A DNA stretch of 63,937 bases, the filler included, from Octopus bimaculoides (Eukaryota), in NCBI RefSeq assembly GCF_001194135.2. It is 4 parts of 4 records of this genome, joined end to end, with 100 filler letters (N's around TTAATTAATTAA, not from the genome) between each part and the next. Parts side by side here need not be neighbours in the genome. Positions count along the whole stretch, not along the records: positions 1 to 27,007 come from NC_068983.1; 3 more parts are not named here. One strand, written 5' to 3'. The position numbers were made by a program, and so were the translations under genes. The notes beneath the pieces are model-generated. The model saw only the letters and a list, made by a program, of their open reading frames with translations. It made no database searches and was not told where the DNA came from. Shown in pieces: positions 13,795 through 25,865 of the stretch. Each line of letters begins with the position of its first letter. The first letter of the stretch is position 1.

Positions 13795-15016
13795 CTGCAA
13801 AAATTAAACAAAAATAATATGTAGTTAGCTTTGATAAGAACTATGAAAAAAAACTTATTTTATATTTACATGTGATTAAAAATTTATTTCTTTTGATGTC
13901 ATTTGACACAAATAAATAATAATGATTTTTCTTATAAATTAGATTAAACACTAATTCATATTTACAATCATAACAATGTATCAATTCATTCAGAAGACAT
14001 ATAAGTAAGCACATACATGAGTTACCCACCTTATCCAATCAAATATCAAAACGAAAGTGAAATTGGCTTGATCAAAAAAAAATTTTTTTTTATTCTATAA
14101 ATTGCATATAAAAATGGACATAAATAGCAAAAAAAAAAAGCATTAGGTGGTAGTAGAATCTAGAATCTATAAAAAGTGATAACATCCACAAATATGCCCT
14201 TTGAACAACTCTAATTTAATGACATTTTAATAAATTAATGATATAGACTAAATGTTTGATTAGTAATTTTACACTCTTGTTTTTCATGATCTAATAACCT
14301 TATCACATTTTTTAACAAACTGATAAATTTTGTTAAAAACTGTTTACATTAGACAGAGTAGAGTTCAACTATTATGGTCTCAGTTTACCTTACTGCTAAA
14401 TTTTCATTTTAATAACAATCTATAAACTTCTCACTCAAACTGAAAATAATACAACACTTCAGAAAACACTCGAAGCATATTTTTCTACAACACTAAATAA
14501 AGATTCTATCCAAATATTAGCAACACTAAGCCAAACAAATACTTCCTTCACCATTATAATCAAGGAGAATATCCACTAGCTATAGAGCTAAACTAGTTTC
14601 TTTTTCCTATGATACAAAAGTGAATTGAAATAATTCTCTTGAAAATAAGTTTGTGTGAGGGAGGGCAATACAATAAGTTTATTTGTTTTAGTCTTAGTAA
14701 AGGAGTTATGCTAAGAGTCATCTGAGAAGATGAATGATATTGACCATTTAATTGAATCTAATCTGAAATGTAATTTTCTATACAAAAAACAAGAGAAGTT
14801 TTCTCTTCGTGAATTTGTAGAGACATTGACATAACTGATAAAATATTTTTAATTCAAATCCAATGAGATTTCCCTCAGAGCACACAAAAGGTGAGATCTT
14901 TTTTTTTTTTTTTTTTCAAACAAGAAGATGTTCATGTTCTTAGGAAGGAAAATAGAGAATAATGGAATAATGCAATGTCAGTGTCATCATTATGAGTTGT
15001 TTTCTCAAATGGTAGC

Positions 15017-16267
15017 ATGGGTTGGATAGATCTGCACTATTGCACAATGGCAATTTGTTACTTCTCTCAGGGTCAGTCAAGGGTTGTTTCTCAACGTTCT
15101 CTGTCACAAATTAAGCATGAAGCTGTAAAGAAGTCAGGTCTAATAAGCAGAGAACTTCTCAAGTGCATTGACAAAACAGCTGTGTCCAGAACTACCTGAT
15201 GTTATCTTCTGAAAAGGTTGGTAAACCAGTGACATCAGTTAAAGGCCTCCTTTATACAAAACACACATACAAAATTATCTGAAATGGGCAGAAGAATACA
15301 TGAGGGTCAATTTTTCAAAAGTTTTACTTATAGACAAAACTTATGCAACCCTTGATGGACTTGATGGTTGGAGCAAGGGATGGATTGTAAATGGACAAGA
15401 TCATCATCAACACTTGAGACACCAGCAACGGGGAAGGAGATATCATGACTTGGGCAGGTATTACTGGAAGCATTATGGTTGGTCCTTGGAAAGTGCCTGA
15501 CAGTGTTAAAAAGACTGCAGATGCTTACATAGCCTTTATGAGAGAGCACTTTGAACCTTGGTTAAAAAATCAAAGGATCATCTTCAAGACAGCCATAATA
15601 TTCATGCAAGATAATGTGGCCTTGCATTCAGCAAAGAAAACTACAGAGTATCTGCAACAATTAGGCTTCTGTGGCTCTTGAAAGGTGAAGTGGCCTGCCT
15701 GTTCCCCTGACTTAAAGCCAACAGAAGACTTGTGGAGTATTCTTAAGTGATGAGTTTATGAGAATCAACGCCAATTTAGGAGCAAGGATGAACTGAGGTA
15801 GGCATTAATGGATGTGTCCCATGGTATAACATCAGAGGAAATCCAGAAATTAGCATGTTCCATGGACCAACACCTTTTCCAACTTATTTCAAACAAACAC
15901 TCTATATCCCCTACTAACCAGCTCACATATCACTTTTGAACGCTGTTTATTTGTTTATTTCTTCCATGTTTATGACAGTATGTGTTCATTTCAGTATGTA
16001 CATCAAATGATTAACTTGGTGTTTTCTTGTTTACATGAGTTTTAATTACAACTTGCTGATAGTTAGACACAATGAAAATTTATGTAAATTTTGATAAATA
16101 GCCATAGTTTCTGTGTTTCTGTGTTGTTTTACAGAACCTTACCTTTTTTACACACTACATGCAATATAATTGTTGCCACCATTCTGTGAAAATTTCACTG
16201 AATTTCAATAAGTAGTTTTCAATGAAATTTTTAAAATGTTACATCATTAATAATTTGAAACACAGTG
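15017..16267 (+). mobile_element. Tc1-like DD37E (TRT-type) transposon relic; left TIR not found
   Basis: Decayed transposase ATLDGLDGWSKGW..MTWAGITG..IFMQDNVALHSAKK..WPACSPDLKPTEDLWSILK; D at 15610 and E at 15724 are separated by 37 codons; right end AATAATTTGAAACACAGTG followed by TA (16268-69). Confidence 0.88.
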
Positions 16268-16269
16268 TA

Positions 16270-16303
<34 letters not shown>

Positions 16304-16340
16304 ATTTTTTTTCTCCGTGTTTTTCTCCTTGTCTCCGTAT

Positions 16341-16377
16341 TCTTTCTGTTGAAGAGCGTAGCTCAAAACGTCAAAGA
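16341..16377 (+). ncRNA. Degenerate minimal type-I hammerhead ribozyme (Penelope pLTR type)
   Basis: TCTTT-CTGTTGA-A-GAGC-GTA-GCTC-AAAA-CGTC-AAAGA: stems I and II pair, palindromic ACGT stem III; two core deviations. Confidence 0.55.
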
Positions 16378-16487
16378 CTTTCCGTATTCCCGAGCGTCAT
16401 ACTAATACATCCTTTTGTTATTTACACCACCTGTCCTCGTCTGTTGTTGTTTTTTCGTACATTATCCCATATATATATATATATATT

Positions 16488-16659
16488 AATGATCAAAAAG
16501 GAGCACTCTGTGAATTGAATGTTATGATCCACTAAGCATGTTAGAAGTCTTGAGGCTTATAACATGCCTACTGGATCATATCTTGCATTCTGTGAATCCA
16601 TGTTATAACATGCCTACTGGGTCATATATTACATTCATCAAGTGCTCTTTTTGATCATT
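16488..16659. repeat. 172-bp imperfect foldback, MITE-like
   Basis: AATGATCAAAAAGGAGCACT at the left vs AGTGCTCTTTTTGATCATT at the right; internal ~24-bp unit TATAACATGCCTACTGG(A/G)TCATAT twice plus one inverted copy. Confidence 0.7.
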
Positions 16660-16768
16660 TTTTAAGTATAACTAGATAAGTGATCTTCCTTGGTTATTGG
16701 AATACTATATTAGCCAAGCTCCTACATGAAGTGCTGATGAGGTAATAATTGCCAGTTATATATATATG

Positions 16769-16800
<32 letters not shown>

Positions 16801-16816
16801 TACACACATACATATA

Positions 16817-18645
16817 TCATCATCATCATTTAACGTCTGTTTTCCATGCTAGCATGGGTTGGATGATTTGATTGGCAACTGGCAAGCCAGGAGGCCGCAC
16901 TAGGCTCCAATCTGATCTGGCAGTGTTTCTACAGCTGGATGCCCTTCCTAACGCCAACCACTCTGAGAGTGTAGTGGGTGTTATTTACATGCCACTGGCA
17001 TCGGTCACATTCAGATGGTGCTTTTTACACGCTACCGGCACAGGAGCCAGTTGGAGCGGGGAAGCTGCATTGACCATGTTCGGATGGTGCTTATTACATT
17101 CCACCAGCATGGGAAGCCAGTGAGGTGGCACTAGCAACGACCAATGCATGCATAGTGCTTATTGCGTGCCACTAACACGGGAGCCAGTCAGGCAGCACTG
17201 GCATCACTCACAACTACAATTCCATTTCATTGTGATTTGATTTGATTTTGATTTTAATTGACTCAATTAAAATCCTCAAGCATGGGAAGTTGCTCGACGA
17301 TTCAAAAGTACGTTTTAAATGGGCTGCTTATGCAACACTGATGTGGGTTATGGCTGTGATCTCATTTTACTTGCTGGGTCTTCTCAATCACAGCATATCT
17401 CCAGAGGTCTCAGTCTTTTGTCATTGCCTCTGTGAGGCCCAGTGTTTGAAGGTCATGCTTCACCACCTCATCCCATGTCTTCTTGGGTCTCCCTCTACCA
17501 CAGGTTCCTTCCACTGTTAGGGTGTGACACTTTTCCACACAGCTCTCCTCATCCATATGCAGCACATGACAAGCACAGTCGTCTTTCTTGCACACCACAT
17601 CTGATGCTTCTTATGTCCAACATTTCTCTCAGGGCGCTTACACTCTGTAGCATGTGCACACTGACATTACACATCCAGCGGATCATACTAACTTCATTTC
17701 TTTCAAGCCTACGTATTTCTTCAGCAGTCATGGCCCATGTTTTACTATTGTGTAGCATAGCAGTTCGCACGCATACATCATACAATCTACATTTCACTCT
17801 GAGCGAGAGGCTCTTTTGTCACCAGTAGAGGTAGGAACATTCTGAACTTTGCCCAGGCTATTCTTATTCTAGTGGCAATGCTCTCCGAGCATCCATCCCT
17901 ACTACAGACTTGGTCACCTAGGTAGCAGAAGCTATCAACTATTTCTAGTTTTTCCCCCTGGCATGTGATGGAATCAGTTTTCTGAGCATCTGTGGTGTTT
18001 ATTGCCCCTGTGCATCTGCTGCACACAAAGGCAATCTTCCCAGTTAACCTTCCTTTGATATTGCTGCACCTCTTATGTGTCCATAGCTTACACTGGGTAC
18101 ATCTTATGGAGTTTCTACCAACACCTTTTCCACAGATCAAGCAGGGCCACCTATCTGAAGGGGTTTGTGATGTGTTTGCCTTCCTACTTTGGTTTTTGCA
18201 ACATTGACTCTAAGCCCCTGCGATTCTAAACCTTGCTTTCACACCTGAAATTTCTTCTCTAGTTCTGGTAGTGATTATACTATGAGAGCAAGGTCATCAG
18301 AATAGAGGGGCTCCCAGGGGCAACCTGTCTTGAATTTCTCTGTTATTACCTGAAGGACTATGGTGAATAGGGGGCGGCTGAGGGCTGATCCTTGGTGAAC
18401 TCCTACTTCTACCTGCAATTCTTCACTATACTCATTGCCGCACCTTACATTACTAACAGCATCTCTGTACAGCTCTTATTAACCACTCGTCTATCCCCAA
18501 TTTTTACATCGCCCACCAGATGAGGGATCAAGGGACTCTGTCAAAGGCTTTCTCCAAGTCAACAAAAGTCAAGCAGAGGGGTTTATCTTTGGCTTGGTAT
18601 TTCTCCTGCAGTTGCTGTACCAGGAATATAGTATCAGTAGTGCTT
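16817..18645 (-). mobile_element. 5'-truncated RTE-clade LINE: partial RT, embedded PHD finger, C-terminus, structured 3' UTR, (ATG)n tail
   Basis: Minus strand reads TFVDLEKAFDRVP, GVHQGSALS, LYSDDLAL, IVDSFCYLGD, AMLHNSKTW, GRGRPKKTW, with stops and frameshifts; (CAT)n on the plus strand at 16817-29. Confidence 0.95.
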
Positions 18646-19453
18646 ACACACACACACACAGACGTGCACAGAGACACACACACTCACACTATTCTGACCT
18701 CTAAGACCAGTCCCCAAAACCACTGAACCATGACACACTAGCCCAGAAACAAAAAATTCCTTTTGATTACACATTGCTCTTCCCTCCCCCCAACCAACCT
18801 CCCACACTGTCCCTCAAAATAGCAAACATTCCTTAGCTACACACAAGACAGAAAATGTCAGAAAGACAGGTCAGTTCCTCTCCAATTTTTTGTAAATTCT
18901 TAAATATATCTCCTTCTGTGTATATATATATATATATATATACTACCAAATGAACGTGATTTTTATTGAACTCATAATACTTTTTGTAGTCCCGTTCTGA
19001 ATACTTCCTTGTAAACTGTTTTTAATATTTTCCTATTATTATCAAAGAATGTATAACTGTATTTTAATACTTTTGTGATAACCAGTACTTAACACAACAA
19101 AGCTAATACAAAGCTTTACATTTTACTTTTGACACTCTTTTTCTAAAAAAGTGAAACCGGCCAAGTCAATAAACATCTTTAAAATTGCGTTTCAAACCTT
19201 CTTTCATATATATTTCCACTTGTGCGGTACCTTACAACCCTACTTTGCTATATATATATNNNNNNNNNNNNNNNNNNNNNNNNNNNNNNNNNNNNNNNNN
19301 NNNNNNNNNNNNNNNNNNNNNNNNNNNNNNNNNNNNNNNNNNNNNNNNNNNNNNNNNNNNNNNNNNNNNNNNNNNNNNNNNNNNNNNNNNNNNNNNNNNN
19401 NNNNNNNNNNNNNNNNNNNNNNNNNNNNNNNNNNNNNNNNNNNNNNNNNNNNN

Positions 19454-19496
<43 letters not shown>

Positions 19497-19885
19497 CCAT
19501 GAGCACATACATAAATAAATATGTATATGTATAGATATAAACACACATACACAAGTAAATATACATGCATGCGTCAATACACACAGGCACAGACATATAC
19601 ATACATGATAATCTGAGAAACTGCTCAAAGCAAGAAACTCTAAGAAATGATAGAGTGAGTCTCCTTCTCACATTACTCCTTCCTCTATCACTCATTGTTA
19701 ACACTATTGCCTTCCATCTATTTTCATTACCCCACTTTTCTGTCACTCTGTCTTTCTCTTATCACTCTCTCTTCTTTCAGTCTGCCTCTCTATTCAATTT
19801 TCAACCACCATTGTGACTGTCAATCATACTGTCTCTCTATCATTACTTTCTCTTCTCACTCAAGCTCTCTTCCCACCCTATCTAG

Positions 19886-20000
19886 TGATAAAGAAAGCAA
19901 TAAAAGGCAGGAGACACTCAAGGAAGATGAGATTCTTTACAGTTTTGCTGGTGGAAAGCCAATTCTGGTGCTGGCAAATGAGAAAATGGACATGATTAAG
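19886..20000 (+). other. Candidate 115-nt coding exon of an unidentified gene
   Basis: Pyrimidine tract ..CCCTATCTAG and donor AAG|GTTAGA; reads DKESNKRQETLKEDEILYSFAGGKPILVLANEKMDMIK. Another frame loosely resembles a decayed LINE (RFF..VES..WT). Confidence 0.3.
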
Positions 20001-22122
20001 GTTAGACAAGACCAACTCTCTCAAATCTTGACAATTAGTCCAATCTATGCCATCATAGAAAAGTTAGCATAAAAGGATGATTATTCTTAAGTTTCAGTTT
20101 TCTAGAATATGGTAGAACTATAGATTTTTGAAGACCTACACTCCTCTCTTGCTAATAACCAGAGGAATTGAGTTTAAAGGTAGGGCTAAAAGAAGACGGT
20201 CCATTGTCAAGCATACTTATTTCATACCTGAACTAAGATGACAGCAATTCCTATTACGATTATGAAAGATGAGAATGACAAGTTGGAAACATTATGATAA
20301 CAATGAAAATAACACAACTTTTTCTAAACAATGTAACATGAAGATTTGAACTGAAAGAATTTTAACCAAGCAACTTAAGAATTTTATTCAAATGATTTCT
20401 AAGAAGCAACAATTTTACTGGAGAATGTAGCTTGGAAAGAAAATGTCTCAGCAAGGTGAGAAGCTTATGCAAATTGAATGCAGCTTATTATCCATATGAT
20501 AGGAAACAATTTATACTTTAACATTAAGAGTAAAATAATGGCTTGCAGGAGGTAACAATCTTGAACGCATCTTTGTTTACTTTGGAGTCTTTTTCATGTT
20601 TTTTTTTAAAGAAAACAAAAAAAAACTACTATTTTCCTTACTTTTATCCTTTTTCATTCAAATCATGCTCATTTTGAGCTTAAACTTTTCTCTTTCTCTT
20701 TTGTTTTTTTTTTTTCTTAATATAGATTTTTCCATTAACTAAATATCTCCCATATCGCTTGTGCAAATGCACATGTACTAACCTAAATACTATTATACGC
20801 ATGCATATGTGTGTGTGCACACACACACACACACACACACACATCTCCAGAGAGGAGGGAAAAGATGGAGAAAGACAAACGGACAGACTTTGAGAGACAT
20901 ATGCACATGTAAACACCAAACTATGCATATACATTATATAGCAATGCATAAATGAATGCACAAGTGCACAAATATACATATGCATGCACATTTGTGTGAA
21001 GAAGACACATGCATTCACACATTAGAATATACATACAGTCCTACATACAACTATATATAAACAGAAGAGAAAGAAATGATTCATTGACTTCACACTTGTC
21101 AGTTTTCTCTTTTATCAATTTTCTTTTAGCTCAACATTCCTTTTACCAACATCACAAACACACACACACACACACACACATACCATATACAAACACACAT
21201 TCACACACATATGCACATTTATCTGTTTCTTTACCACCTTCATCTAACAACTATTTCCCACAAATTTCTTTCTCTCCAGCATGTTTTTTTTTTTATTGTT
21301 GTTGTAAATTCTAATCAGAACTACTGTTGCTATTCCAATTAATGTTCAATGGTTGAAAAAAAAAAAAAAGTAAACATATTAAAACCAATGATCAATTGTG
21401 TAAAAACACAAGTTTCTTGTTATTAATAACTGTAAAAAGGAACCATAATTTCCAGGATTTAGCAAAGTACTAGAATTATTGAAGTCAGAGATTACTTGAA
21501 ATTAAGAATGTCTTTTTTCTTTTTTATTTCTTTTTTCTTTTTTGTTCCTTTTAACACTTTCTGTGCAGAAAGTAACATATATAAAGATATTAATAAACAT
21601 ATACACTTAATCCTTATTGTAAATGCATGTACACACATAAACACACACACACTCAACATATACATATACATGTGCACACAAATATGCAAATGCTTACACA
21701 AATGTATAAATATAAAGAAATATTTAATGCTAAACCTAATGTTTCTACAAAAACATGTGCAAATATAGAGAAAGTATTAGGACTAAATAAGATCAAATCA
21801 TGTTCAGAATCAATATGTAAACCTTGATGGAAAAAAAAATACCAAAAAGCAACGGAGGAGGAAAGACAGATGAGATGCCTATTTACAAAAAATAAAACAA
21901 GCCTTTATAAATGGAAATGATTTTAATTTAACAGGGACAGAAACAACTACTTAGGTATCAAATGAACCATAATTAAGAGGTAATTTTCTTTCAAAGAAAG
22001 TTTAATGGACAGACTTATGGAAATACAGTGTGATTATAAAGTTCACTTAACAATCATATGGTTTTGTGCTCCAATCCACTGTGCAGTATCTAGTAAGTGG
22101 AATTTGGTAGGTACAGAAACCT

Positions 22123-22158
<36 letters not shown>

Positions 22159-22174
22159 AAAATGAAAAATAATA

Positions 22175-22860
22175 ATAAGGCAGAATGCTAAACTGAAAGC
22201 ATATTTTAATATAGATGTGTAAAAAGGATTTCTAACCGGCTTTCATTGCATGGCAAATTTTTAAGAAGAGGGAGAATGAAAATGTTTTTTACAAAAAAAA
22301 TTTAAAAAATAATATATAAAAAAATAAATATACCAATACATATTGTCAATACAAAAAATAAATATACCAATATATATTGTCTTTGAGCTTTTAAAGTTCA
22401 ATGGTAATCCATGTAGATAATTGTTAGAAAGATTAGGATGCATGAAATTGTAAGTTGTGTTTTGTTGAAAGTTTATGTGTTAAGCAGGAAGTGTGGTGTC
22501 AAAACAGGAAGTGTGTGTAAGGGAAGACAATTCTGAAGGTTTTATACTCTTTAATTGGAGTTCTGGATTCTTTGTCAACAGGAAGTTTATGTCTGTTCTT
22601 AGAGAAATATGGTCACCGAGGGGTTTGTGTGTTAAGAAGTAGTTGGAATTTCTCTATAAAAAGATTCTCCTTGTTGATTCTTTCTTGTGTGGAGATTCTG
22701 TCTTTACATTGATAGAAAGGGAATATAAGGAATTTGGGGTTTTTGTTTCTGGCACAAGAGTCTATGTGGCCACTGAGTGGAATTTGGTGGTGTTGTGGGA
22801 GATTTATTTGTTCTTTATGGACTGTTACTCTTTTATGCAAAGGGAGGCTCGTCTCTCCGA
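22175..22860 (-). mobile_element. Penelope-like element 3' fragment (GIY-YIG endonuclease C-terminus plus pLTR-like tail)
   Basis: YIGETSLPLHKRVTVHKEQIN..FLIFPFYQ..ERINKENLFIEKFQLLLN in ORF 22613-22951. Confidence 0.8.
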
Positions 22861-22884
22861 TATATACATGTATATATACATATA

Positions 22885-24155
22885 TTGGGTCATCCCATAA
22901 AAAATGTGGGTTTTTTACACTTCTTTTATTTTTCAAAATTAAGATAAACAAATTTCTTTTTTAATCTAAAATATACTCTCCTTCATTTTCTACAATGCTC
23001 TTCCATCTATCTGGTAGATTTGCAAGGCCCCTCTTCCAAAATTTACTTGTCTGTGACAAAAAAATACTCCTCCAGTACTGTTCTAACCTCATCTACAGAA
23101 TTCATATTTTTTCTGGTCAAATAATTTTGAAGACTGCAGAATAAGTGATAATCAGATAGAGCAATGTCCCGCAAATATGGTGGGTGGGGCATCATTTCCC
23201 ATTCGAACTGCTACAGCCTTCGGAATATAATCCTTGCTGTATGTAGCCAAGCATTATCCTGATGGAAGAGCACTTTTTGTCTTGAAAAAATGATCATTTT
23301 TCTTCTAGTGCTGACTTAAGCTGCTCAAGCTGCTCGCAGTAGATCTCCTTTGTTATCATTTGGTTTGGGTTTAAAAGTTCAAAGTGGACTAAACTTTTCA
23401 TATCCCACCAAACAGATAACAACACTTTATGTAGGTGAAAACCTTCTTTAGCCTGGGGTGTCGGTGTTTCTCCTTTCCCTACTCACTGTCTTCGATGCTT
23501 GACATTTTTATAGAGAACCCATTTCTGCCACCAGTCACTATTTGGTCCAAAAAAGGTTTATTCATGAGACGTGACAGCAAAGAAGAGCACACATTCATTC
23601 TCTGTGACACAGAAATTTTGTGAGGAACCCACTGACCCAATTTGCTGATTTTCCAATGGCATGCAGGTGTCAATGAATGGTTGAATGACCAACTCCAAGC
23701 ATCTCTGCTAGTTCCTCATTAGTTATGATGGGATTTTGCTTCACCAGGGTTTGCAAGACATCCTCGTTAAGCACTACAGATCTTCCAGGATGAGGCTTGT
23801 CTCCTAGTCTATAGTTTCCAGCTTGGAATTTCTGGAACCACCATGGACACCGGCTTACACTTATTGTCTGATCCCCATATACTGCATTAATATTCCTCGC
23901 ACCTTCCATTGCATTGATGCCTTTATTGAACTCATAAAGCAAAATATGTTGAATATGCTCCTATGTCACTTCCTGTATAGCTCTGACAAAATAATTGTTA
24001 AAATCGAACTGCACTCTTCAAAACTTGCACAAAGAATAAGGTTAATAATTAGTACCTGCTTTTATAACAAGTCGATGCAGGTAGTTTATCCCATCCCCCT
24101 CTGGCTTTTGGTTCATGCAACTGAAAAAACTCATTATTCATGGAATGGCCCAAAA
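22885..24155 (-). mobile_element. Full-length mariner (DD34D) relic with both TIRs
   Basis: TIR TTGGGTCATCCCATAAAAAATG at 22885 vs TTGGGCCATTCCATGAATAATG (reverse complement, ~24132-24153); transposase 23942 to 22961: MLYEFNKG..WVPH..HQDNAW-(34 aa spacing)-PPYLRDIALSDYHLF..GEYILD*; stops and frameshifts. Confidence 0.93.
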
Positions 24156-24190
24156 TATATGTGTATGTATATATGTGTATATATATATAT

Positions 24191-24446
24191 CGACACTTTT
24201 GAGGGAGCACGTATCCAGCATGAAGAACTTAAGCGAGCTGCGCGAAAGCGCACGGCTCATATAGTGAATGGGGAAAGCTTAATCTGCAATGTTTGCAGTC
24301 ATGTATGCTTATCAAGAGCAGGGCTCATTAGCCACCAACGGAGCCGCAAATGCAAAATATAAGTTAGTCCTAGAGCGCACAATGTTCCTGAAGGTCGGCA
24401 ATGGTCTTCCTCGGTCACAAGTGGACGGCCATCATCATCATCATCA
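24191..24446 (+). mobile_element. 3' end of a second (BovB/RTE-1-like) LINE family with terminal zinc finger and (CAT)n tail
   Basis: FEGARIQHEELKRAARK..CNVCSHVCLSRAGLISHQRSRKCKI* then short UTR and (CAT)n. Confidence 0.8.
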
Positions 24447-24709
24447 TATATATATATATATATATATANNNNNNNNNNNNNNNNNNNNNNNNNNNNNNNN
24501 NNNNNNNNNNNNNNNNNNNNNNNNNNNNNNNNNNNNNNNNNNNNNNNNNNNNNNNNNNNNNNNNNNNNNNNNNNNNNNNNNNNNNNNNNNNNNNNNNNNN
24601 NNNNNNNNNNNNNNNNNNNNNNNNNNNNNNNNNNNNNNNNNNNNNNNNNNNNNNNNNNNNNNNNNNNNNNNNNNNNNNNNNNNNNNNNNNNNNNNNNNNN
24701 NNNNNNNNN

Positions 24710-25768
24710 GTGTCAATTTTAACATGGAGTCCAAAAACAAACATTTTCATCATATTTCGATTTTTTATTTCCATAAAGGCAAGAAAGATGCTGAGGCTCG
24801 CAAAGAGATATGTGAAGTTTGGTTTTTAAAAAATTCCGCTCTGGAGACTTTTTACTCAAAAATGAACAACGTTCTGGTCAACCTACTGAAGTTGATGATG
24901 ACCAAATCAAAGCCATAATTGAATCTGATTGTCAAAGAGGTTAAATGTATCACACACAACAATTGAAAATCACTTAAAATGTCTCGTTAAGAAGCTTGAT
25001 AAGAAGCTCGATATTTAGGTTCCACATAAATTGAAAGAGATCCACTTAACACAACAAATCAATATTTGCAATATGCATCACAAACATAGTGAAATCAACC
25101 ATTTTTTAAAAACAAATCATCACTGGTGATGAAAAATGTATTGTCGACAATAACATCAATCAAAAACGATCATGGTCCGAACCAGCACAAACCACATCAA
25201 AAGTTGAATTACATCAAAGAAAGGTCATGCTCTCAATTTGGCAGGATTACAAAAGTGTTGTGTATCTTGAGCTGCTCCCAAGGAACCAAATGATCAATTC
25301 AGATGTTTACTGTCAAAAACTAATGAAACTGGAGGAAGGAATCAAAGAAAAACAGCCTGAATTGTCAAATCCTAAAGGAATCATGTTCCACCATGACAAC
25401 GCTAAACCACACATGTCTTTGCTAACTCATGAAAAATTATTGGAGCTTGGTTGGGAAGTAATGTCACATCCACCATACAGTCTTGACCTTGCACCATCAG
25501 ATTACCATTTATTTCAAAGTTTGCAAAATGTTTTGAATGGTAAAAATTTCAATAATGATTTTGACCTGAAATCACACTTGCTTCAGTTTTTGCCTGATAA
25601 GGACCAGAAGTTCTATGAGGGCAGAATCATAAAGTTGCCAGAAAGATGGCAAAAGGTCATCAAACAAACTGAAAATATAATATAATTGATTAAAGTTCAT
25701 TCTTTGCATGAAAAAAAAATGACTTTTATTTCACACTAAAAAAACGAAATTACTTTCTTGCCAACCCA

Positions 25769-25769
<1 letters not shown>
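24710..25769 (+). mobile_element. mariner DD34D relic, mellifera-subfamily-like; left TIR lost in gap
   Basis: MESKNKHFHHISIFYFHKGK..EVDDDQIKAII..ITGDEK..MFHHDNAKPH..HPPYSLDLAPSDYHLF (34 aa spacing)..LPERWQKVI; right TIR CGAAATTACTTTCTTGCCAACCCAA then TA. Confidence 0.93.
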
Positions 25770-25807
<38 letters not shown>

Positions 25808-25830
25808 CATATATATATATACATATATAC

Positions 25831-25865
<35 letters not shown>

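Noticed and set aside
17442-17828. 128-aa + strand ORF and neighbours
   Set aside because: Antisense shadow of the RTE LINE.
19930-20000. KPILVLANEKMD as an ARF-like NKxD motif
   Set aside because: Motif interrupted (NEKMD) and no other GTPase boxes nearby.
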